From: Octopus bimaculoides
Taxonomy: Eukaryota
Assembly (NCBI RefSeq): GCF_001194135.2
Contig: NC_068981.1
Coordinates: forward strand, 11,035,095 to 11,099,094
Direction: 5' to 3'
DNA length: 64,000 nucleotides
This document shows, piece by piece, positions 13,307 to 25,106 of the stretch (its first letter is position 1; the number at the start of each line of letters is the position of its first letter). The notes beneath the pieces were generated by a model that was not told where the DNA came from, ran no database searches, and saw nothing but the letters and a program-made list of their open reading frames with translations. The position numbers and the translations under genes were made by a program.

Positions 13307-13531
13307 TGTCTCTCTGTCTATCCGTCTGTCTGTCTTTGTCCCCCGCCACCGCTTGACAATCGGTATTGATGTGTTTAAGTACCGGTAACGTAGTGGTTCA
13401 GCAAAAGAAACGATAGAATAAGTATTAGGTTTACAAAGAATAAGTCTTGGGGTTGATTTCTTCGACTAAAAAAAAAAAAAATTCAGGTGGTGCTCCAGCA
13501 TGGCCGCAGTCAAATAACTGAAACTAGTAAA
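13172..13531 (+). mobile_element. tRNA-derived SINE (GGCGCAGGCGTGGCTGTGTGGTAAG family) with internal (TG)n
   Basis: Head, microsatellite, body and the ...GGTGGTGCTCCAGCATGGCCGCAGTCAAATAACTGAAAC tail are shared with 24914 and 39790. Confidence 0.85.
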
Positions 13532-14310
13532 GCTAAAAATGTCTTTCATTTGGAAAATTTCGTAATTTTTTAATGTTTCACCTCGTGTCATTTTATGAGA
13601 CTTCATGAGCTTAAACCAGATTTAAGGCTTTTCAAACCTCTTTTGGTTACGAGATATACAGATAAGGAAAGGTATCTCATATGACTTCCTTGCATGGGCT
13701 TTGATTATTTTTGCTATGATTTTCTATTAGAAAATCTTCATGGAAATCTGCGAAATTAGAATATAACATTATTATTGTTGTCATATTCTACAGGAGAGCT
13801 ACTTAAGCGTCACTATTCGTGAATTGAAATAAAGGACTCATATGATGTTGTTGAAGTAGATACCTGAATCTATAATCATGGAGGTAAAGAAATAATATCT
13901 AGACTATTACGTTTCCCTGCTACAAATTGCAGTTGAATTTTCTTTAATCGCATTCGTTGTATTAAAATGAGAAAAATACATTGAGTAAAATAGTTTTAGA
14001 TGTCTTCCCTGCAATACGACAAAACTGTTGCTGGAAAGGCTGTGGTCATAGATTTTCTGAATACGGCTGGCATGCGACGTAAGTGCAAGAATTCGTTATA
14101 TATTTGAATGCGGTAGAGTGCCACAAATATATCACAGTAAGTTTCAAAAAAGGAAGAGGATTAACTGGGAGGAACCATGCCATTAGATGCAGATACATAA
14201 AATCGAAAAGCAATCTTAGAAGGGATCTCCATTAAGCTCAACCGATTCAGTTTCTGGAAAGTACAGGATATTCACTATGAGAGCAGATCTGGTAATTAGA
14301 GCCAACTAGT

Positions 14311-14640
14311 AAAATTAATGGACATATTTCAGACTTTTTATATCTCTTCACTTCAGAGGGACATATTCTACGTGGCTGGTAAGACATGGTTCCGGGTTCA
14401 GCCCCACTGCATGGTACCTACTATCTTCTCGGGCCGACCAAAGCCTTGAGAGTTAAAGAGTGAAATTAATGGACAAGTTTAAGTTATTTTGTACCTTTTC
14501 ACTTCAGTAGAGCATAGTCTACGTGGCTGTTAAGACAGCCACATGGTTCTGGGTTCAGTCCCATTGCATGGCACCTACTATAGTAGCGGGCCGATCAAAG
14601 TCTTGAGAGTAGATTTGGTAGACAGAACCTGTAAGAAGCC
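14311..14640 (+). repeat. Diverged tandem duplication (period about 151) of flank plus SINE-head fragment
   Basis: AAATTAATGGACA...CACTTCAG...CTACGTGGCTG..AAGACA..ATGGTTC.GGGTTCAG.CCCA.TGCATGG.ACCTACTAT...GGGCCGA.CAAAG.CTTGAGAGT occurs twice with the same internal SINE deletion. Confidence 0.75.
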
Positions 14641-14696
14641 CCTGTAAGAAGCTTGGAAGAGGATGCGTGGCGTTCGATCATATAATAATATAAATA

Positions 14697-14737
<41 letters not shown>

Positions 14738-14983
14738 NNNNNNNNNNNNNNNNNNNNNNNNNNNNNNNNNNNNNNNNNNNNNNNNNNNNNNNNNNNNNNN
14801 NNNNNNNNNNNNNNNNNNNNNNNNNNNNNNNNNNNNNNNNNNNNNNNNNNNNNNNNNNNNNNNNNNNNNNNNNNNNNNNNNNNNNNNNNNNNNNNNNNNN
14901 NNNNNNNNNNNNNNNNNNNNNNNNNNNNNNNNNNNNNNNNNNNNNNNNNNNNNNNNNNNNNNNNNNNNNNNNNNNNNNNNNNN

Positions 14984-15048
<65 letters not shown>

Positions 15049-16876
15049 AACACACACACACACGATATTACATCCACTGCATGTATGAACACTCGTTATG
15101 AATAATAGTAATCTGGTGGAGAGAAAATAATTCAAAGTATTTTATGTGTCTGTATATATTTTTTTATGATGTCAATGTTTCAAAAGGCTATTGTTGCTGC
15201 TATCATTGTTACTATTTTCTAATTCCAGCTCAGCTCTTATTGATCAAGTCTATGGGTAATGTTTCAAAACAAGTCCTTATCGCCTTTATTTTCTGTTAAT
15301 GAGTGCCCATGATCTGATGTATTAAATGTATTTAACGCTTTATAATGTACTACGGTGTGATTTGAAGTAGATATAGTTGTTATTTCTAGCAGGTTATTTC
15401 TAACAGCTGAATACAACCTATCTTTATAGTTTGGTACATTTCTTAATAAAAGGCTATTGATTTTTTTTTTTAAGATCATAAAATTGAATTTGCTTTTGTG
15501 TTGAGAGGAATCAATTGTATCGAAGTTTATTTCGGCCACGGGCTACATCAGAAACACCACAATTTCTTTTTGCTTACAGTTACATGCAGTAATTGTTACG
15601 AAAACATACATCTTGATTTATACAGACTATAGTGATTTGGTAGTATTAAGACATAGTAAAAGTAGTTTACATGGATATAGAAGACAATTAAAAATAATTA
15701 TTGCTTGGTGGAATACTGCAAGTAATTCTGATTCGTTGAAGTAAAATCTCCGTAGGATTCTCATATATTGAAGTTTTTGAACTTGTTGACGTTTTTCACT
15801 AAGATTTATTCTTGAAGAAAAGAATCAAGCGGAATGATGAATAGCAGTACACCCCGTTGTGTGCCTCGGGGTGAGTTAATGGGTAAATAACTAAACAATG
15901 GATTGAGAACAATGCTAAGAAAATTCTCGCTACTGCTACAGTGTAAAAGGAAAATTATATTTTGCTCATGAGAATGTATAAAATGCAGGAATATGGAATA
16001 CATAAATATAGACTTTTTTTTGATGCAAAAGAGAAAGCAAAGTGATCAAAGATCAGAAAGAAAAACTAAAATAAAATAACACCAAAGAATGAGATTCAAA
16101 AGATTCTTGTCTTCAGAAAGGTTAGAGCAAGATAAATCAACTTTATAAAGTGGAATAAAAATAGTAGAAGAAACCTATAAAGTGCAAGAGTGATTGATAA
16201 AGATTGAACTGATGTGTTATATGGGTGATCAATAAATAGATCACGCCACACAGAAGAACAGTAATAAAGGATTTCTTTAGACCAATAATCATAGTAATAG
16301 TTAGATAGAATAGGCAAAGAATTGCAAGATATATCGCGGTATTGATCGAAATGAAGTGATTGCCAAGCGCACAATCTTTGTTCAACCTTCCAATGGATTT
16401 TCATTATAACTTTCAAAGATCTATGAAGAAATATTTCATGGAAACCACGAGAATAGTGCATAACATTCTGTTCAGTGTTCTGCAGTTGTTGGGAGTGGTT
16501 GAAAACCTGTCTAGAATTAAAAAAAAATGTAGAATAATAAAAAAAAAATCCTTATAGATTGCATTCAACTACAATAAGGATGAGAAAATAAATGGAATGG
16601 TGGGGTAAAAACGGAACGGTAAGTATAGGCAAGAGTGAAATTAAAGGTTGTGAACAGAAAGTAGAAATAAAAATCCTTTATCAAATATCAATTTTAATAC
16701 TCGATCGTAATGGGAGTCACTGAACTAGAGCTGAATAAATGGCAAACTACATAGTATTGCTTTATTTTAGCCATCTTTCATTTGCAAGATATACATCATC
16801 TTTGTGCCTTCGAGAAAAAGAAACGAATAGTTTTAATATTAGTTTCAAATTTTGGCACAAAACCATCAATTTCATA

Positions 16877-17043
16877 GGGTGTGGTCGATATAATTGACCC
16901 CAGTGTTTAACTGGTACTTGGTTTATTGACTCTGAAAGGATGAAAGGCAAAGTCGACCTCGGAATGATTTGAACGAAAAGGCGGACAAACTGTCGCTACG
17001 CATTTTGCCCAGCGTGATAGCGATTCTGCCAGCTCGCTGCCCT
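16877..17043 (-). mobile_element. tRNA-derived SINE (GGCGGCGAGCTGGCAGAATCG family)
   Basis: Reverse complement GGCAGCGAGCTGGCAGAATCGCTATCACGCTGGGCAAAATGCG...GAGGTCGACTTTGCCTTTCATCCTTTC...GTACCAGTT.AACACTGGGGTC. Confidence 0.85.
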
Positions 17044-17871
17044 ATTAATTTGACTATTAGGACTGGTATTTGAAGTAAATCATAGATTTTTTTTTGTAGT
17101 ACTGTCCATCAATCTATGTATCTACACTTATACATTGCTATTTTCGTCTCTCTTGCAGCTTTGTTCGGCTTTCTTTTAAACTTCCTAATACAATTATCAT
17201 CTAGTCTATCTGCTTTACTGTCTTTATGATATTTCTGTTGCTTTAAATAGTCATTTTGTGTGTGTGTTGCACTAACATAATTAATATAGAGCGTGAGAAT
17301 TAGATACTATTCCAGGTCGGTTAGTATATTCGAACTGCTGTGTCACTTCACATGCTGTTAGAGCTTCAACTGCTATTTGTCGGATGGGAATTTGGGGATT
17401 AATGTACTTTATTTGCCCCTTACATTTTGACTCAATTAGACAGTCTGTTAAATCGGCCCCAGTGTATAGCTTGTGAATGAATTTATCAAGTGAGCAAGGA
17501 AGACGAAAAGCAAATTTGACATGGATGATATTTAAACTCGAAATGGTAAAATCGGAAACAAATAAGGCAATGTATATTGTACAAAGTCTTAAAGGTCCTA
17601 CAAATATCACGCATTCATAGCGAGTTTGTGGGAGAGGGTGAAATTTGAGCCCCTTATTAAATTTTATAGCATTAATTATTAAACATTAATGATTCTTTCT
17701 CATAAACTGGTTTAGCTGTTATTTCTAGCAATACAGGCGTTTCCGAACACCCTAGTCACATTTAGTGACAATCATAATTCTCCTTTTTGGTGAAACATTA
17801 CAAACTGCTGTTTATATTAATATTACACGCACACATATACATACAGACACGCCCCGATAATATATATTGCA

Positions 17872-18030
17872 GGCGCAGGTGTGACTACGTGGTGTAAAGT
17901 TATTTTCGCAACCACATGATTTCGGGTTCAGTGCCACTGTGTGGCACCTTCGGCTAGTGTCTTCTATTAGAGACTTGGGACGACTAAAACCTTGTGAGTG
18001 GATTTGGTAGATGGGAACTGAAACTCGTTG
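17872..18030 (+). mobile_element. SINE 5' half (same family as 13172)
   Basis: GGCGCAGGTGTG...GGGTTCAGTGCCACTGTGTGGCACCTT...CCTTGTGAGTGGATTTGGTAG. Confidence 0.85.
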
Positions 18031-18046
18031 TATATATATATATATA

Positions 18047-18800
18047 CAACAGGGGCAGTGCATGAGATGGGAGGAATACGTGGTCAGTCGCAGAATCTCA
18101 TGGAAGGAACTTTGGGCTTGGGAACAAGCAAGAACATCCTTCCTGATCAAGTCTACCTTCGACGTTCTACCCTCACCGGCGAACTTAGTCCGATGGAACA
18201 TAAAAACAACCGATGAATGTGGATGCGGAGAGAAAGCGACGGTGAGACATGTTCTGTCAAGCTGCAGACTAGCACTAGAAAGGTATACATGGCGCCATAA
18301 TCAAGTCCTCAGCGTCATAAGCGCAGCGCTCAAGGAGAAGATCGATGGATACAATAGGGGAGAGTACCCCTAAGTGGAAAAACGCAGGAAAATATACTTC
18401 CAGAAGGAGGGAGAAGGACATAAGATCAGGCCTCCAAATAGAGCATGCGTGGGCTAAGATTACGCGCCCTCCATTATCAGTTAAAGTTTAGACAGTGTCA
18501 CGTGACAACTTGCTGGAGCCTAGCAGCGGGAAGTTTAGACAGTGTCACGTGAAAACTTGCTGGGGCAGCCTGCTGGAGCCTAGCAGCAGGTATAAAAAGG
18601 GGAATTTGACATGACAATCAGTCGGACGCTGACACTCGTTGATGCTGCATCGAAGAGGCCAGGGAATAGAAGAAAGAAGACACCTCCGAAAGGGGGGCCC
18701 CGCCACGTCAAAACGGTAGAGGAGTAGGGGCCGAAACCGGACGTGGTTCCTCCTGATGATGTCTTGTGCTAACTGGATCCTATAAAGGAGCTGTTGTGGT
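18047..18800 (+). mobile_element. HERO-like (RLE-clade) LINE 3' fragment with internal deletion
   Basis: ORF 18011-18373: QGQCMRWE..SRRISWKELWAWEQARTSFLIKSTFDVLPSPANLVRWN...CGCG..TVRHVLSSC..ALERYTWRHNQVL (CCHC knuckle region typical of HERO/R2-group elements). The 3' part CCGAAACC...CTGATGATGTC resembles HERO 3' ends as I recall them. Confidence 0.75.
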
Positions 18801-18844
18801 AGCAGACCACGAAACATGGTTGAAATTCCTTCCTATACATATAT

Positions 18845-19150
18845 GAATTTTCGGTGGACAACGGTGTCAAACAGGAATATATTCATGCCCCTAAACTTTT
18901 CTCTATAGATTTTGCTGAATTGTTGTTCTTTGATTCTAAGGACTGCAAAACAAAGACTTCCAAAATACTTCTTAGAGAATCACTTTATGCTGGTGATGCT
19001 GATTTGTTGGCACACTCAGAGGGGGATATGCAACATTCAATGGATAGATTTTCCACTGAATGTGTACATTTCGGACTCACAATTATTCTGGGGAAACCGA
19101 AAGTAATGTCTACTCCTGTACCAGGACAAAATATTCTGAACCAAATATTT
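18845..19150 (+). mobile_element. RTE-type LINE reverse-transcriptase fragment
   Basis: F.VDNGVKQ..I.APKLFSIDFA (GVKQG motif) and KTKTSKILLRESLYAGDADLLAHSEGDMQHSMDRFSTECVHFGLTI (YADD decayed to YAGD). Confidence 0.85.
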
Positions 19151-19329
19151 TTGTGATTCCAGTATTTATATTCGAAGCTTAGCACTTATTCTGTGTTATC
19201 CTTTTTCCAAACTGTTACCTTACACAGATATACCAACACCCGTTGTCAACCAATGTGGTGAGGAGAGAAAACGTATTATCATATAAATACACGCAAAATT
19301 ATATACATATAAATACACGTATGTTTATA

Positions 19330-19530
19330 TACAGTTGAAATTTACAGAAAATCAAAAGACGAAGGCAGGTGTATGAACAAGAGGCAGGTGTATTAGTTTG
19401 ACGCTCAGAAAAGTGAGAAAGTCTTTTACGTTTCGAGCCTACGCTGTTCAACAGAAAAGAATAAGAGAAAACAGAGTGAGAATAAAAAGTAAAAAAAAAA
19501 AAAAACCTGTGGATTTAGTGATTTCTATAT
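19330..19530 (-). mobile_element. Penelope-type terminal-repeat fragment with a decayed HHR motif
   Basis: Minus strand 19460-19421: TCTTTT-CTGTTGA-A-CAGC GTAG GCTC-GAAAC-GTA-AAAGAC. Confidence 0.55.
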
Positions 19531-19892
19531 TGTAGGTTTATAAACGGGGATAATTTAGATTGGTAAATATATGATTTCCGAAACTTGTTGTATTCTCATC
19601 CGATGTGGCGACAACAATTTGAATAATTCCAGAGAAACACGTATCCAATCTGTTTATATACTCAGCAATTAGAGTAGCTACAGAAACCTGGAATTACTAA
19701 TTTGCATACCGTAAGTGTTAATACTCTATTAAATACCGGTGGCTTCGCAACAGGTTTGTCAATCGGCGAAATATCAAGATATGATATAATGTATGTAATC
19801 TATATACTAAATTTATTAACAAAACTAACAGCTATTTCTCCGTAGATTGAAAAGAGAATACGGGATGAACAACCTGATAAATATATGAGTTC

Positions 19893-19970
19893 GACATAGT
19901 TTCTCTCTACCAAATTCACGCACAAAGTATTGTCCAGCCTAGGGCTGAAGTACATGACATTTACCCAATG
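19893..19970 (-). mobile_element. Decayed SINE fragment
   Basis: CTACCAAATTCACGCACAAAG...GGGCTGAAGTACATGACATTTACCCAA matches the reverse complement of the 13172 family. Confidence 0.5.
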
Positions 19971-20603
19971 ACAGTAACTATTTCCAAGATGAAAATGTCA
20001 GTAAGATGTGCACTAAGGGGAACAGATATAAAGAACACGAACATGGAAAAGTGAAGATATGATTTCGTATTGATTTCGTATTGATTATAGATAAGTATAT
20101 GATTTTACTTCTTGTATTACCTTAAACACTGGTATATCTCATTAAGAAAGAATTTTAATATTGAATTAGTAAACTGCTTCTTTACTAGTTTTCTACACAA
20201 ATATATGATTAGGCATAATATCTTCGTCTATATGTTAGCGAAAGGAATTATGAAATATGTTAGTAATGAGAAAATTGCTTGAAAATGAAGATATAATTAA
20301 AAAAAAGATATATATCTTCCAAATAGACAATTTTTCTTAGCCAAGAATTTATGGAAATAAATATATGACAAATTCAGTGGCAAACACTTAAGAAGGACGG
20401 TAATCGACTTAATTGCTCTTAATATTTCATTGCTACTTACTGTATTGGCGCCTAAAGCAGAACACCGACAAAAATATAAACTTTAGAAATGCAAAGCATT
20501 TTGTAGTGAGGTGGTTGAACAGCGCCCCTTACTCACTAAATGATAGGAAGAACATAGGAGCAAGTATTTAAATAGAAATACACACACACACACACACACA
20601 CTT

Positions 20604-20764
20604 TATTAAAAAGCAGCGGGTATATCACAAAAACTGTTACTCAGAGTTTCACGTTCCCGTTCGTCGGACAGTTTTGTTTAGAAATTCTAAACAAAACTAT
20701 CCGACGAACGGGAACGCGAAACTCTGAGTAACAGCTTTTGTGATATTTCTGCTGCTTTTTAATA
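20604..20764. repeat. 80-bp-arm palindrome (1-nt spacer) of a PLE-like terminal repeat
   Basis: Arms 20604-20683 and 20685-20764 match at 74/80 positions; the right arm continues to about 20836. Confidence 0.95.
20630..20675 (-). ncRNA. Minimal type-I hammerhead-like motif with U4C core variant
   Basis: AAAACUGU-CCGACGA-ACG ggaa CGU-GAAAC-UCUGA-GUA-ACAGUUUU: 8-bp stem I, 3-bp stem II, quasi-palindromic stem III ACUC-U-GAGU. A mirror copy lies on + at 20693-20738 with stem mutations. Confidence 0.6.
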
Positions 20765-20874
20765 CACCATATTACTCTACCTCTGGTATTCGAGGACTAT
20801 TTTTTCCACCTTGTTTCGCATTTATGTGTTTACTCTGGTATATATCTATATATCTACATCTATATATATATCTA

Positions 20875-20945
<71 letters not shown>

Positions 20946-21002
20946 NNNNNNNNNNNNNNNNNNNNNNNNNNNNNNNNNNNNNNNNNNNNNNNNNNNNNNN
21001 AT

Positions 21003-21604
21003 ATTTAAGTCACAATATACGGTACGTTTCAACTAAACCAGTGGTACTCATAAAAAATTCTGATTTAACAACAATTGTTTCGCAGCTTAATAAACATGGA
21101 GTGTAATAAATTACTTACATGTGTGCGTTAATATAATTACAATTTTTGAATTAGTGTATACATGTAATTTATTACTAATTATAAACTATAACAGAATAAA
21201 TTATTTATCCCTGTTTATTAAAAAATTGTAAATAAGAATAACTCGTGGGTAAAATAATATTATCATAATGTATTTCTTACTTTATTCATAATTACATGTA
21301 CTAATTTAAAAAAATGTATATATATTAATGCATACATGGAAGTAATTTACTACTTACAAAACATAGTAAGATGAATTATATACACATGTTTATTAAGCTG
21401 CGAAACAATTGTTGTTAAATCAGAATATCCATTGGTAAAATAAATGTTATCATAGCATATTTCTTTCTTTCTTTATAATTATATACACTCCTTATGTTGT
21501 TTTCTCTTGTATCGTACTATATATTGTCTGTAGAATGATACATTGAGGACCTTTTTTGTATGAGTACCCCCGGTTTAGCTGAAACGATATATTGTGACTT
21601 AAAT
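21003..21604. mobile_element. About 600-bp fold-back/MITE-like element with modular inverted repeats
   Basis: About 50-bp terminal IRs (21003-21057 and 21551-21604), a perfect 41-bp IR (21058-21098 and 21385-21425), and a further imperfect IR (about 21102-21170 and 21290-21353). Flanked by (TCTA)n/(TA)n. Confidence 0.85.
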
Positions 21605-21672
21605 TTACATATATATATATATATATCATGGGTCCTTCCATAGCACTTACATAGCCTTACCTGCTACCTTGG

Positions 21673-21742
<70 letters not shown>

Positions 21743-21946
21743 ATGATAGTAACATTAGGGATAAAAATCCAAATTTACAGGTAAAAACTCAATTAATTCA
21801 ATTTCTCAAAAATTAAAATTAAATTATGTTTCACAGTATATAATGATTATTACTTTGTATTTTATTATTATTCTTTTTAGTGTATTTACTTATTAAATTT
21901 TTCTATATGTGACTGGATTTTCATGGATGAGTTCTTTTCTCTAAAT

Positions 21947-21974
<28 letters not shown>

Positions 21975-21978
<4 letters not shown>

Positions 21979-22155
21979 GATTGTTGGCGATCTTTTTCCT
22001 CCGTCTACCTTTTCCTTGGACTTTCCTGTGTCACCTGCTACTGAAGAAGAGCTGTGCTCGAAACGTAAAACACACTTTCTTTCATTCCCTGTGCGTCTTT
22101 TAATACTTTGCGTCCTCGCGTCGTTGTTTTTCTTGTGTTTTTACTTCTTTATTCT
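21975..22155 (+). mobile_element. Penelope-type terminal-repeat fragment with an HHR core
   Basis: 22041-22067: CTGAAGA-A-GAGC TGT GCTC-GAAAC-GTA; stem I does not pair in cis. Confidence 0.55.
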
Positions 22156-22172
22156 ATTTTGGGATTACTTTT

Positions 22173-22216
<44 letters not shown>

Positions 22217-22218
<2 letters not shown>

Positions 22219-22514
22219 GGCGCGCACAGCTTAGTGGTTAAGATGTTGTACTCACGATTGCGAGATCGTGGGTTCGACTCCCACACAGGGCATTGTGTTG
22301 TGTTCTTGAGCAAAGCACTTCATTTAAAGTTGCTCTGCGATCATTTCGTCACATCTGACACGTGGCACTCGTTGCACCTGACCAGGTGATGCCTATTTGA
22401 TGGAGTGAGTGAGCTTATGTCTACACAAACAATTGATCACTATAAACAAATCATCTGTGTGGTTCTTCGGTAAGAAATTATCGAACCCTCATACGTCGTC
22501 TAACGACAGGAGAG
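22217..22514 (+). mobile_element. tRNA-derived SINE
   Basis: A box AGCTTAGTGG, B box GGTTCGACTCC, central TGTGTTCTTGAGCAAAGCACTTCATTT box. Confidence 0.8.
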
Positions 22515-22722
22515 CTACTATCGAATAGAAAGAATGAGTACTCAAATGCGGCATTGTTGGATAAAGATTCTTTACTTGTAGGTTAACCTGGCTAACAATG
22601 TTTTCGTGTAAGAGAGATCGTTTGACAAATGTCAATTCTGCTATATGGGAACGTTAATATTCTTCCACATTCTGGATTCTCACTCAATGAGAACGAGTAC
22701 CAACGTTCCCATGTGGCATGCT

Positions 22723-22802
<80 letters not shown>

Positions 22803-22949
22803 CACACACACACATATATATATATATCTGGAATCCTAATTATCATAATCTCACTTACTCTGCTTCTATGGCGTATAAGTAACCATGATCACAACATCCT
22901 ACTTGAATAGGTTATCAGTCTGCTGTTGCCGAGTTACATATTTACAGGT

Positions 22950-23076
22950 AAAAGAACCAGAACAACAGTCAATGAGTAAATGAAGTGTCTTGTCTAAAAT
23001 ACATAATATGCGGCCCGGTCCGGCAATCGGAACCGTGATTATGCTTGTAACAACTTAACCACTAGCCGACGCGTCT
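22950..23076 (-). mobile_element. Decayed tRNA-derived SINE head
   Basis: Reverse complement GCGTCGGCTAGTGGTTAAG...GGTTCCGATTGCCGGACC...AGACAAGACACTTCATTT. Confidence 0.6.
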
Positions 23077-23559
23077 TCATATACGTTAATGTTTAAAATA
23101 TATAAACATTTTACCTTGTCTCTTGTAGTTGTCAATTCGCTTTATTTTCTAAATAATGGATTCATTCCTTTTGTCTCATTCAATCGGGACGGTTGTAATA
23201 TTTAAAGTTTTTCCCTACATGTTTACTAATACTTAAATTTATGCTTTTTTCTTCTTTTTTTTTTTTTTTTACAATCGTACGATAAACAGAAACTCGGAGT
23301 AACAATCTCCGATGTTTCAACTTGTGATAAATTGTATAGTCTTTTCAGTATTTAGTACTATTGCTTCTTTTCTCTTTTCATTTAAATGTTAATATATATA
23401 GACACACGTATACACACACAGAGAGATACAGTCGATATACATATATATAATAATATAAATAATATATAGATATACGCATATATCCATAGATATATGTACA
23501 TACCTACATCTATATGTATACATACATGCATATATGGGTACAGGACATAAAAAAAAAAA

Positions 23560-23900
23560 CGTTAAACACAATGAGAAACGAAAACATGAAAACGAAAATA
23601 AAAAACGAACTGTTTTCGAACAACGAAAATAAAAAAAACAGACAAACAGAGAAACGAGACATGCAACATAAAGAGTATATCCCTTCGTCAGTTTTCCCTG
23701 TCCATCTACTCCGCGTTTCGAAGGCAAGGGCAATACGCGACTTCGTTGTAACAGTCCTTCCCGCAAAGCAAATTAAATAAAATTTGGAATTTTTGGCGGA
23801 GGGTGAAAGTTTTAACAAGAACAGGACAGTGAGAACAAGACAGTAAAAACAATAGAAACAGTAAGAACAAGACAGTAAAAACAAACGTTGAGGGCTGAGT
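23560..23900 (-). mobile_element. Probable interspersed repeat (PLE terminal-repeat-like)
   Basis: GC-richer core containing GAAACGCGG...CTGACGAAGGG between (TA)n tracts, with short internal duplications (GAACAAGACAGTAAAAAC twice). Family not identified. Confidence 0.35.
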
Positions 23901-24036
23901 GTACGTATATATATATATATATATATACACTCACATACCTACATACATACTCTTACACGTGCACACATATGTGTGTATGTACGTTTATACATATATGTAT
24001 ATCCATATTATATATCTAAACATACGAACATATTCT

Positions 24037-24126
<90 letters not shown>

Positions 24127-24760
24127 TATATATTTGAAAAAAGCAAGTATTAAAATCAGTCGTGCGTAACATAAAATTGAGTGGGGATAAAGAGGAAAAC
24201 ACCGAGAATTAAAACAAAAACAAAGAATAACAATAAACAAAATAACATATCCTTTCTAGCTTAGACTAGAAGCTTACATACAAATTCAAATGTCACCCAT
24301 TTGCTCAATAAAATGTGAGGCGTTCGTGACAGAGGGGAGGAGCAGAAGAAAGAGTATAGGAGAATAAGGTGGTAGCACTACGAATGTTGACACCATTAAC
24401 ATTGCCATAACCGGTTGGTTATGAGTCACTACATGTCGATTAGTCTCAACGAATAAAGATAAAATAAAAGAATTGCGATTTCTCAGGGAATTATTATGAA
24501 ATGATAGGTAAATACACTGTGTAAATAGAAAAAAATGACATTTTCAACAGAAATACAGTCTTTAACAACACCATGCGCTTAGCAACAAGTCGGACATCAT
24601 CGTTACAGCTCTAGCATATTAATTCCTAGATTTTTTTCTTTCAACATTTCTCTTTATCCATTTACCTCTCTCGTTCATATCTTGCTATCTGTATATATTT
24701 CCCTTATATCGTATCATCTCCATATCAGTCTGTCTTTCTCGTTATCATTATCTATCCTGA

Positions 24761-24846
<86 letters not shown>

Positions 24847-24913
24847 CATATATATATATATGTATTATATGTAATGATATATATATGTATGTATGCATGT
24901 ATGCATGTATATA

Positions 24914-25070
24914 GACGTGGCTGTGTGGTGAGAATCTTGCGACCCAACGGCATGGTTCCGGGTTCAGTCCCACTGCGTGGCACCTTGGGTAACTGTCTTC
25001 TACTATAGCCTCGGGCCGACCAAAGCCTTGTGAGTGGATTTGGTAAACGGAAACTGAAAGAAGCCCGTCG

Positions 25071-25106
<36 letters not shown>

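Noticed and set aside
13794-14084. Possible two-exon ME|MSSLQYDKTVAGKAVVIDFLNTAGMR, faintly like a small-GTPase DTAG region
   Set aside because: Weak acceptor, N instead of the invariant D, and no other GTPase exons found; a second frame is equally open.
15264-15539. 91-aa minus-strand ORF
   Set aside because: No recognisable motif; crosses a poly-A run.
18695-18765. GAAAC...CTGATGA as a permuted hammerhead
   Set aside because: No valid NUH triplet with a closing stem I and II; better explained as LINE 3' sequence.
23685-23735. GAAAC...CTGACGA on the minus strand as a type-II hammerhead
   Set aside because: Stem I cannot form and stem II is only marginal.
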